This document shows, piece after piece, positions 25,414-35,831 of a stretch of 64,000 nucleotides of DNA (within the stretch, counting starts at the first letter, position 1; every line of letters starts with the position of its first letter). Under the pieces are notes generated by a model. That model was not told the origin of the DNA. It worked only from the letters and a program-made list of their open reading frames with translations, and made no database searches. Source of the DNA: Laetmonice hystrix (lineage: Eukaryota); contig OZ249440.1 in NCBI GenBank assembly GCA_965235115.1, positions 33,296,001-33,360,000 on the forward strand, given 5' to 3'. Position numbers and translations under genes: made by a program.

Positions 25414-25828
25414 TAGGGCATAGGGCTCTTACGTTTAAGAAACCTAACACTGTGAATTAACAATGGGCCTACGTGGACCTTTTGTATGCTGCAGATCAAC
25501 CAAAAGGAGCAAAAGGACCATTTAAAATTAAAACTCAACTGTCTCTTCTAATAACTATCAGAAACTCCAAATATTTTCAGAACATATTCAGACAATAATA
25601 CACTTCAACATGAGAGAAAAGAATTTTGATTTTAAAATATGTAAAAAAGACCAATTTTTAAAAAAGGACCACGGGTCCTTAACAAAAGGACCAATGGTCC
25701 TTAACAAAAAGACCAGTGGTCCTTACAAAAAGACCAGTGGTCCTTACAAAAAGACCAGTGGTCCTTACAAAAGGACCATTGTGGTCCTTTTTGCACAGTG
25801 AAATGCAAACAAAAGGACCACTTCCATA

Positions 25829-26033
25829 CATCTCCCCATCTCCCCATCTCCCCATCTATCCATCTATCCATCTATCCATCTATCCATCTATCCATCTATC
25901 CATCTATCCATCTATCCATCTATCCATCTATCCATCTATCCATCCATCTCCCCATCTCCCCATCTCCCCATCTCCCCATCTCCCCATCTATCCATCTATC
26001 CATCTATCCATCTATCCATCTATCCATCTATCC

Positions 26034-26081
<48 letters not shown>

Positions 26082-26086
26082 CCCCA
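25829..26086. repeat. Compound microsatellite (ctccccat)n/(ctatccat)n/(ctat)n
   Basis: Directly visible. Confidence 0.97.
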
Positions 26087-26864
26087 TGGATGTAAGTTTG
26101 CCGAGGTGTTGTGGTCCTTTTTTGTTTTACAGTAAAAAAGTAATAAAATATATACAAGTTCTGTTATTTATTCCTTAAATATTAATATACAATAGAAATT
26201 TGTATTTGCCAGAAGAAACTTTGAGTATCTACCTCTATTAAGAGCTAAATTGTGCAAACTACCTGCTTTAGTGGTCCTTTCGTTGACTTCTGATGTTTCT
26301 GCTTCAAATTCTTTTGTATATGTTAAAATTTTGCACATTGTGATCTTTCCATATTCCATCAAGTGTTTTGTTGTTATTTGGTTCCATCTACCTCTTATAG
26401 ACAGGCCAATTTTATGATTCTCCAAATATTACCCTTGATGTGTTACTCCCGACATAGTGTAGAAAATAGAAGGACGTTCAGATATTGATTATGCATCTTT
26501 AATGTAATATTTATCAAGTATCTTTATTATAACATTTATTACTAAGTCTTATTGACCACTAAAATGTGTAGAGTTGTTTCTAGAAATGTACTCCATGGCC
26601 GGACGCCGGATGTGCCTCTCGCCAGGCTGGCTTATCCTGATCTCTGCAGAGGCGGTGTGGCAGATAACGCCAATTAAATCCTAACGCCGCCATCTGGAGA
26701 GGGGAGGAGCTGCCTGCCGGCGGTCCGACCACTATACTTTAAAATATACTGTAAAATAAACGCTCGGTAGATCTTAGCCAGCTACCAAACCGGTAGGATC
26801 TCGTTCTGTTTTCTGGCTGTTGAAAGCCGCGCATTCAATGCTTCGAATGGGCGGTTTTCTTCAC

Positions 26865-26882
26865 TGGTGACCCCGACGTGAT
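26865..26882 (+). promoter_or_regulatory. Primer-binding site complementary to the 3' end of tRNA-Trp
   Basis: tggtgaccccgacgtgat, 1 nt after the 5' LTR. Matches from memory the canonical 18-nt tRNA-Trp PBS of avian leukosis/sarcoma viruses. Confidence 0.9.
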
Positions 26883-27084
26883 TCACCATTAGGAGTAATG
26901 TTTGCTGGGCGCTGCAGTGCGTGATATAGCGTACTCCCAGCGGGCATGAAACTTTGGTGAGAACGCTTTCAATCTTCAAGTTTACCTTTAGAATACTTCC
27001 TCCCTAGTCTACACTAATAGTTATTCACAATGGCAGAGAATTCACCCGGCCCTAGGCAGGAGGAGCCGTGCGGGCCCTGGCTGA

Positions 27085-28590
27085 TTTGCGGCTGAACGAT
27101 GGATTACCCCACACGACCATCGGACGTGGGAACGACGCCTGTCGGCTCTGCTTTGGAGGGACGCTTCCAGGCCACAGGGCAGGACCAGGCGGGGACTGTT
27201 GAATATCGGTGGCGAACTATTGAGCTCACTTTTCGGCACTGCCACGGAAAGGGAATTCAATCAGGTACGACGTATTGTTACTTCCGTTGCAAACCGCCAG
27301 GAGCATGTTATTAATACTGTTAGTGAGCTGTGGACTGCCGTTAACGACTCCCGTCTCTATGAGCAACAGAATCGCGAGGATATACAGACTTTGTCGAATC
27401 ACACAGCAGAGATCGGTCTGGCTCTCTCCAAGGTTATGCATCAGGCCACTGAGCCGATGCGCCGCCTACATCGGGTGGAAATATTACGCACCCTGGATAA
27501 TGTGCTTCATGAACTTGAGGTGGCCCACCGCCACTGGTTATTCATATTGGATCGTTTTGATTCTCAGCTGGATGCAGTTTTGCGGGGCCGGATTACGCCT
27601 ACAGTTATTAGTCCCCATATCATAGCGAATATTAGGGAAACAATGAAGGTTCAAGGTCTCGGTGTGCTGCCTATGGATTGGTATTACGTGCATGCCACCT
27701 CACGGCTGGTGGTACATTCTCCTCGAGACTTGTCGTTTTCTATTTCACTGCCAGGAGTGGCCCATACGGATTACTTATTTTACGAACTAGCTTATTTTGA
27801 CGTCTACCTTAGTCCAAACCGATGGCGAAGTTTGCAGGGGCGCTCAAAAGTTGTTATGAGTACCCAGTCTCGACAAATTTATTTTCCAAATCATTGTGTT
27901 TTCGGAACCCCCATGGTTTGCCCGAATGGCGTAATGTACAATCAATCCTGTAAATATAGTTTAATTGCTCAGGAGGACCCCGGACAGTGTGTGGTCAGGT
28001 TTCTAACCATGGACAATATGCAAAAGTCTATGACTATAAAAGTAAAATCGTGATATCAACGGCTACGGACGTGACGGCAACTACACGTTGCCCAGCAGTG
28101 GCTGCTGTCAAGACCCGAGTGCATGGACTGGCACTGATTGACATACCCCCCGGTTGCCGTCTCGAGGTTGCCGGTGCGGAAAAATATCATGCTCGGGACA
28201 TTCGGTCTCATATTGCACAGTCTTGGCGGCCGGACAATATTAGTAGAGCTTCGCTGAATTTATCTTGGTCCATCGTGGATAAAAATCTAACTCTGAAAGG
28301 TCTGCACATTGTTCCCCGAGCCCCGATTAGCCACCTTCGAAAGTTAACTTGGAAACCCTCTATAGAGGATGGGACCATTCTAGCTTGGTCACCGGGTGCA
28401 CACGGTGTTCCTTGGCTTGGCTTGGTTGCTTTTATTTTGGCAGTTTCGAACAGCCTGTATTTCGTACAGCAAAGCAGTACAGCGGAACCGACCTAGGGTG
28501 GAGGTTGTCCAAAGTTCCATGAAACAACACTCTCCTCCCGGTACCCCTACCGTTCTTGAGATGGCTCCCGGATCTTCGAGTTTTCCGTAA
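27085..28590 (+). pseudogene. env: Env-like class I fusion glycoprotein (baculovirus F / errantivirus Env-like), disrupted
   Basis: Furin site RTRR (27181-27192) followed by fusion peptide GLLNIGGELLSSLFGTAT, a heptad-like helical region, a Cys-rich region, N-glycosylation sequons and a TM segment VPWLGLVAFILAV. Upstream stop at 27082 and a frameshift at ~28030. Confidence 0.85.
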
Positions 28591-29679
28591 GGATACGTGA
28601 AAACTTTGAGATGGGGAGGTGTGTAGAAAATAGAAGGACGTTCAGATATTGATTATGCATCTTTAATGTAATATTTATCAAGTATCTTTATTATAACATT
28701 TATTACTAAGTCTTATTGACCACTAAAATGTGTAGAGTTGTTTCTAGAAATGTACTCCATGGCCGGACGCCGGATGTGCCTCTCGCCAGGCTGGCTTATC
28801 CTGATCTCTGCAGAGGCGGTGTGGCAGATAACGCCAATTAAATCCTAACGCCGCCATCTGGAGAGGGGAGGAGCTGCCTGCCGGCGGTCCGACCACTATA
28901 CTTTAAAATATACTGTAAAATAAACGCTCGGTAGATCTTAGCCAGCTACCAAACCGGTAGGATCTCGTTCTGTTTTCTGGCTGTTGAAAGCCGCGCATTC
29001 AATGCTTCGAATGGGCGGTTTTCTTCAATAGGTCTTCCCTCACCGGGTGTAAAGGAAATGGTGAATTGCAATATCGGAGGAAATAAGAGAAAATTAATGC
29101 AATTTATATGCTCTTAGAATAGTATTGTTTATCCCCCTTGAAGAAAACCTTCAATTTTTGGCTTGTTTTCTTTCAAAACCTGCAAAATGTACATTTTTGC
29201 TTGTGAAATTCCTGCTGAGCAAAGTGGTCTTTTTGTAAGATGCTATCAGACATTATAACTATTAATATTTCGATAGTGTGCAGCAATATTTATTTCTTTT
29301 TGTAAAATATGTTTAATTAGATAGTTTACCCTTAGTCAAAACAGTAAATTCGTGAATTACAACTGTTATTTTCATTTTTATTTTTACACATTTAAAAAGT
29401 CACCGATCTACCTACATATTTGGTTCTATTACTTTTCACCAAAAGCTCTGCAAGTGATGCCCCTTGTTTGAACACGTTCTCCCATCAATAGTCAAGCTAA
29501 AACCAGCCTGGAATAGCAGAATATATCAACTGGAAGTATTTTAAATAATGGAAAATATTATGCAAGTAGGAAACATCGTGCGTGTTAGTGGTCTTTTTGT
29601 TTGAATAATACACAGCGGACTGCTCTGACTTTTGGAAATAATTTGTTGTTTTAGTCTGATTTCTTCATTATTGGCACAT

Positions 29680-29922
29680 GTTGACGTAATGTGACGCATC
29701 TTTCCTGTATTTCAATAAACGTTGAAAGGCTGATTGCAGAGTGAACAGCATGCCAAAATAGGCCCGTCAAGTATCTCACAGAGGGCGCTCATTTCAATTT
29801 AATAGTTTTAAATCCTGCCAAAAGGGGCGTCGTAAAACTTTGTCGGTGACCGGCTGTAGAACGCTTCCGGGAATGCAGGGTGACAGACGGTGTTTTTAGG
29901 CCTAGGAAACAGCAAATTACAG
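29680..29922 (+). promoter_or_regulatory. Candidate promoter and non-coding first exon of the recombinase gene
   Basis: Local CpG-rich patch with tgacgtaa/tgacgca (CRE-like) and cttccggg (ETS-like) motifs, ending in a consensus donor cag|gtaagt at 29922/29923. Acceptor tttcttttctttag lies just before the ATG at 35832. Confidence 0.35.
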
Positions 29923-30327
29923 GTAAGTCAAATAAACGTTTTTGCGATTTCCAGGTATGCCTAAATCTGTGGATTATTCATGAGGTGCTGTCTAAAAGAT
30001 AATTTGTGGAAATTTATATCAGAAAAGAGATTATTGATTAGACCCATAACTCCTTGATTCTACGTTCGAGCATTCTATTATCGGCCATTATCATGGTCCA
30101 AGTGATAGTGGCCATCTCCACCTCATATTTTAGCCGAGGTCCTAAGGTCTGGATAATCAAGAATGCCCCAACAATGGTTCCATCTAGGTTCCAGCTACCA
30201 CTAGTTTCGGCTGCCGTGTTGGTTAGTTGGTTAGTGCGGGTTCTAACACTAATTAGGCTAAACGTTTGTAATAGAGCCCAGGCCCGTAGGCCAGAACAGG
30301 CCCGTGGGTGGGGGGGGGGGGGATCCG

Positions 30328-30768
30328 CTCGGAAAATGTGGACCTCCTTTTGGGATGCCCTCTGGCTACCCCCTGGGTACCAACCCGGGGGTACCAGGGA
30401 AGTACTACCGGAGTACCAGGCAGGACCAGGGGGGCATTTTGGGGGTACTCCCTCACTCTCAGTACCTTCACTGTACTCATCTGGTCGGTACCCCTGAATA
30501 AAACTGGAGGGGTATAGGGGGTACCCAGAGGGTACTCAGAGAATACCCCCAAAATATCCCCCTGGTCCTGTCCGTTACCCCATAGTACTTCCCTGGTACC
30601 CCCTAATACGCCCAATTATCACATTCACAGTACTCAAATTGCTCCCCTGATCCTGTCCGGTATTCCGGTTGTACTTCCCTGGTACCCCCCACCCCCCGGT
30701 TGATACTCAGAAGGTACCCAGGGGGTACCCAGAGGGTACCCCTCTAGTACTCTACTTTTTTTCGGAAG
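30328..30768. mobile_element. GC-rich foldback/MITE-like element
   Basis: 30350-30450 is an imperfect reverse complement of 30540-30600 and 30630-30742. Many ggtacc/gtac motifs. Weakly inverted ends. Confidence 0.55.
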
Positions 30769-30842
30769 TATTAAAGATGGGCAATCATTTGCAACTGAGG
30801 TTGAAGAGATTTTTCAGCCTTGACTCCTTAATTTGTTAAATA

Positions 30843-31340
30843 TTTTACCCCGTCTAAGGCGACTTTTTAAAAGTCGCCTTAGACAGTGATTCACTTATTG
30901 GCGCGACCTTAGACACTTCACATGGTGTTACTGGTGTTTAAAGGTACGTTAATGAGTAATTTTACCTGCCTCTTTAATTTCACCTTTGACCTCAGAGAGA
31001 ACTGGGCCCTTCATCATAAATCGGTCGGTTAATCGGTTAACTTGCATCCAAGGATAAGCGATTTGACTTATTTTCGTTGAACCACGTGACATCAAAATTC
31101 TGAACATTGGTTCAATTTAGATATTTATGGTTGTAACTCGTAAATTATGGTGACATATAGGTTCAGAGGTAGTATTGAACACGCATAGGAAATCGTATGC
31201 TCATTCAATTCACATCATTGATGCCAGGATGACCTATGACATCATAAGAATGTCATCGATATTTTCTCATGGTTATAACTTGTAATTAGTTGAAGGTAGG
31301 GCCATAGTTACTATTATACACTCACAGGGAGTCATATAAT
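30843..31340 (+). mobile_element. Degenerate 5' part of a second Helentron-type element
   Basis: T-run followed by a perfect 16-bp-arm palindrome (30852-30884). 31080-31340 resembles the 146-bp internal repeat of 13188-14640 (gacctatgacatcataag, gccatagttactatt). Confidence 0.6.
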
Positions 31341-34300
31341 TATAATGGGGTTTAAGGGGGGCTGGAGACCCCCTTTTCTCTATTGCGCCAGGTTGACCTT
31401 TTAGGACGTTATCCTGTATGTCCTCCAGGGTAGATGGGTAATGTTGGCTTGGTCCTCCAGGCCGTAGGGGTCACACAGGAGGAAATCGGGTAAAAGTAAG
31501 AAGGCTAATAGTATTTAATGCGGTTTGAGGGGGGCTGGAGACCCTCTTTTCTTTATTGTGCCAGAATGACCTATTAGGACGTTATCCTTTATGTCCTCCA
31601 GGGTAGCTGGGTAATGTTGGCTTGGTCCTCCAGGCCGTAGGGGTCACACAGGAGGAAATCGGGTAGAAGTAAGGAGGCTTACAGCAAGTAATTGTATATA
31701 ATGCGGGTTGATGGGGGCTGGAGACCCCCTTTTCTCTATTGTGCCAGGATGACCTTTTAGGACGTTATCAATTATGTCCTCCAGGGTAGATGGGTAATGT
31801 TGGCTTGGTCCTCCAGGCCGTAGGGGTCACACAGGAGGAAATCGGGTAGAAGTAAGGAGGCTAATAGTATGTAATGCGGCTTGAGGGGGGCTGGAGACCC
31901 CCTTTTCTTTATTGTGCCAGAATGACCTATTGGGACGTTATCCTTTATGTCCTCCAGGATAGATGGGTAATGTTGGGTTGGTCCTCCAGGTCGTAGGGGT
32001 CACACAGGAGGAAATCGGGTAGAAGTAAGGAGGCTTACAGCAAGTAATTGTATATAATGCGGGTTGATGGGGGCTCGAGACCCCCTTTTCTCTATTGTGC
32101 CAGGATGACCTTTTAGGACGTTATCCTTTATGTCCTCCAGGGTAGATGAGTAATGTTGGCTTGGTCCTCCAGGCCGTAGGGGTCACACAGGAGGAAATCG
32201 GGTAGAAGTAAGGAGGCTTACAGCAAGTAATTGTATATAATGGGGTTTAAGGGGGGCTGGAGACCCCCTTTTCTCTATTGCGCCAGGTTGACCTTTTAGG
32301 ACGTTATCCTGTATGTCCTCCAGGGTAGATGGGTAATGTTGGCTTGGTCCTCCAGGCCGTAGGGGTCACACAGGAGGAAATCGGGTAGAAGTAAGGAGGC
32401 TAATAGTATTTAATGCGGTTTGAGGGGGGCTGGAGACCCTCTTTTCTTTATTGTGCCAGAATGACGTATTAGGACGTTATCCTTTATGTCCTCCAGGGTA
32501 GATGGGTAATGTTGGCTTGGTCCTCCAGGCCGTAGGGGTCACACAGGAGGAAATCGGGTAGAAGTAAGGAGGCTTACAGCAAGTAATTGTATATAATGCG
32601 GGTTGATGGGGGCTGGAGACCCCCTTTTCTCTATTGTGCCAGGATGACCTTTTAGGACGTTATCCTTTATGTCCTCCAGGGTAGATGAGTAATGTTGGCT
32701 TGGTCCTCCAGGCCGTAGGGGTCACACAGGAGGAAATCGGGTAGAAGTAAGGAGGCTTACAGCAAGTAATTGTATATAATGCGGGTTGATGGGGGCTGGA
32801 GACCCCCTTTTCTCTATTGTGCCAGGATGGCCTTTTAGGACGTTATCCTTTATGTCCTCCAGGGTAGATGAGTAATGTTGGCTTGGTCCTCCAGGCCGTA
32901 GGGGTCACACAGGAGGAAATCGGGTAGAAGTAAGGAGGCTTACAGCAAGTAATTGTATATAATGGGGTTTAAGGGGGGCTAGAGACCCCCTTTTCTCTAT
33001 TGCGCCAGGTTGACCTTTTAGGACGTTATCCTGTATGTCCTCCAGGGTAGATGGGTAATGTTGGCTTGGTCCTCCAGGCCGTAGGGGTCACACAGGAGGA
33101 AATCGGGTAGAAGTAAGGAGGCTAATAGTATTTAATGCGGTTTGAGGGGGGCTGGAGACCCTCTTTTCTTTATTGTGCCAGAATGACCTATTAGGACGTT
33201 ATCCTTTATGTCCTCCAGGGTAGATGGGTAATGTTGGCTTGGTCCTCCAGGCCGTAGGGGTCACACAGGAGGAAATCGGGTAGAAGTAAGGAGGCTAATA
33301 GTATTTAATGCGGTTTGAGGGGGGCTGGAGACCCTCTTTTCTTTATTGTGCCAGAATGACCTATTAGGACGTTATCCTTTATGTCCTCCAGGGTAGATGG
33401 GTAATGTTGGCTTGGTCCTCCAGGCCGTAGGGGTCACACACGAGGAAATCGGGTAGAAGTAAGGAGGCTATTAGTATGTAATGCGGTTTGAGGGGGGCTG
33501 GAGACCCCCTTTTCTTTATTGTGCCAGAATGACCTATTGGGACGTTATCCTTTATGTCCTCCAGGGTAGATGGGTAATGTTGGGTTGGTCCTCCAGGCCG
33601 TAGGGGTCACACAGGAGGAAATCGGGTAGAAGTAAGGAGGCTTACAGCAAGTAATTGTATATAATGCGGGTTGATGGGGGCTGGAGACCCCCTTTTCTCT
33701 ATTGTGCCAGGATGACCTTTTAGGACGTTATCCTTTATGTCCTCCAGGGTAGATGGGTAATGTTGGCTTGGTCCTCCAGGCCGTAGGGGTCACACAGGAG
33801 GAAATCGGGTAGAAGTAAGGAGGCTAATAGTATGTAATGCGGTTTGAGGGGGGCTGGAGACCCCCTTTTCTTTATTGTGCCAGAATGACCTATTAGGACG
33901 TTATCAATTATGTCCTCCAGGGTAGATGGGTAATGTTGGCTTGGTCCTCCAGGCCGTAGGGGTCACACAGGAGGAAATCGGGTAGAAGTAAGGAGGCTAA
34001 TAGTATTTAATGCGGTTTGAGGGGGGCTGGAGACCCTCTTTTCTTTATTGTGCCAGAATGACCTATTAGGACGTTATCCTTTATGTCCTCCAGGGTAGAT
34101 GGGTAATGTTGGCTTGGTCCTCCAGGCCGTAGGGGTCACACACGAGGAAATCGGGTAGAAGTAAGGAGGCTATTAGTATGTAATGCGGTTTGAGGGGGGC
34201 TGGAGACCCCCTTTTCTTTATTGTGCCAGAATGACCTATTAGGACGTTATCCTGTATGTCCTCCAGGGTAGATGAGTAATGTTGGCTTGGTCCTCCAAGC

Positions 34301-34990
34301 CGTAGGGGTCACACAGGAGGAAATCGGGTAGAAGTAAGGAGGCTATTAGTATGTAATGCGGTTTGAGGGGGGCTGGAGACCCCCTTTTCTTTATTGTGCC
34401 AGAATGACCTATTGGGACGTTATCCTTTATGTCCTCCAGGGTAGATGGGTAATGTTGGGTTGGTCCTCCAGGCCGTAGGGGTCACACAGGAGGAAATCGG
34501 GTAGAAGTAAGGAGGCTTACAGCAAGTAATTGTATATAATGCGGGTTGATGGGGGCTGGAGACCCCTTCTTCTCTATTGTGCCAGGATGACCTTTTAGGA
34601 CGTTATCCTTTATGTCCTCCAGGGTAGATGGGTAATGTTGGCTTGGTCCTCCAGGCCGTAGGGGTCACACAGGAGGAAATCGGGTAGAAGTAAGGAGGCT
34701 AATAGTATGTAATGCGGTTTGAGGGGGGCTGGAGACCCCCTTTTCTTTATTGTGCCAGAATGACCTATTAGGACGTTATCAATTATGTCCTCCAGGGTAG
34801 ATGGGTAATGTTGGCTTGGTCCTCCAGGCCGTAGGGGTCACACAGGAGGAAATCGGGTAGAAGTAAGGAGGCTAATAGTATTTAATGCGGTTTGAGGGGG
34901 GCTGGAGACCCTCTTTTCTTTATTGTGCCAGAATGACCTATTAGGACGTTATCCTTTATGTCCTCCAGGGTAGATGGGTAATGTTGGCTT
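31340..34990. repeat. Satellite B, ~21 monomers of 173 and 183 bp
   Basis: ggacgtt anchor at 31404, 31577, 31760, 31933 ... 34944. The two monomer types differ at ggctaatagtat versus ggcttacagcaagtaattgtat. Confidence 0.97.
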
Positions 34991-35831
34991 GTTGTTGCCT
35001 TGACATTTTATATAGACATAGCCTATATAAAACACAATGTTTGTTACAGGATTTGAAGGAGGAGAAGACAGAGATCCTCATATTGATAATATGCACTCTA
35101 AATTTTGCGTTCCCCGTTTGTTACGAATATATGTGTGTCCTCTCTTTTCCCGTTTGTTATGAAGATGAGTGTACACGTCCTCTATTTGTATCAGTCATTG
35201 ATACGGTTTACACACGTGGTCGCCACTTAGATAGATTTGGTGCACACAACAAATTTTGTCAAAAGTCGATGCCATTAATTTTTTAGATTGGAAAACGTAA
35301 CATGTTAATCATATTAAAATTGTGGTGATGTACTCTCAAAAACAAAGAAGTCCTCGTTTTGTAGGTTCAGGGAACATGTCCTCACTGTACACCATCCACA
35401 CCTGTGTGTGGGTGTGTGTGTGTGTGTGTGTGTGGGGGGGGGGGGGTGACGCATACCCCTCGTCCCCCCCCCCCCCGCTACGGGCCTGTGAGCCTACAAC
35501 TAACAAAGCGGAACACCACCACTTGGCTACGGGCCTGAAAGACTGCAGTTAGCTCGTGTCTAACCCAACGGTAAGGGCTGTGCGGCCTGCCGTAAGTTAG
35601 ACCAAATTGAAATACTATCCACAGGGAAAGAGCACTAACAAGTTGTCACTCCTTGATTTGACACTGCTTGTTTTGACTTCTCATTAAATTTATCCCTTTT
35701 CACCCACCAACCTGCCGAGCTAACAAATTTACCCACCAGATCACACACACTCATTGATATTTGGGTAGAACCAACCATGTATGGGGCAAGTATATGAGAG
35801 CCATATAGCAACTTTCTTTTCTTTAGACAGA

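Larger units (their letters stand above)
9031..25800. mobile_element. Putative non-autonomous CACTA/EnSpm-like element inflated by satellite and LINE arrays
   Basis: Perfect 14-bp inverted termini cactgtgcaaaaag (9031-9044) and ctttttgcacagtg (25787-25800). 21-bp subterminal repeats gaccagtggtccttacaaaaa at 25711-25775. No matching TSD (ct vs aa) and no transposase. Confidence 0.5.
26458..29027 (+). mobile_element. 2,570-bp non-autonomous LTR retroelement carrying only an env-like gene (Ty3/Gypsy-like by its 4-bp TSD)
   Basis: 406-bp TG...CA LTRs at 26458-26863 and 28622-29027, with no differences seen by eye. ATAG TSD at 26454-26457 and 29028-29031. PBS at 26865-26882. Purine tract gagatggggagg before the 3' LTR. 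No gag or pol. Confidence 0.93.

Noticed and set aside
25610..26178. ORFs with IYPSIHLS repeats
   Set aside because: Translations of the microsatellite and 21-bp repeats.
26865..26882. tRNA gene fragment
   Set aside because: Only the 18-nt complement of a tRNA 3' end including CCA is present, positioned as a PBS.
30054..30615. Overlapping Gly/Pro-rich ORFs
   Set aside because: They arise from the GC-rich foldback element and show no recognisable domain.
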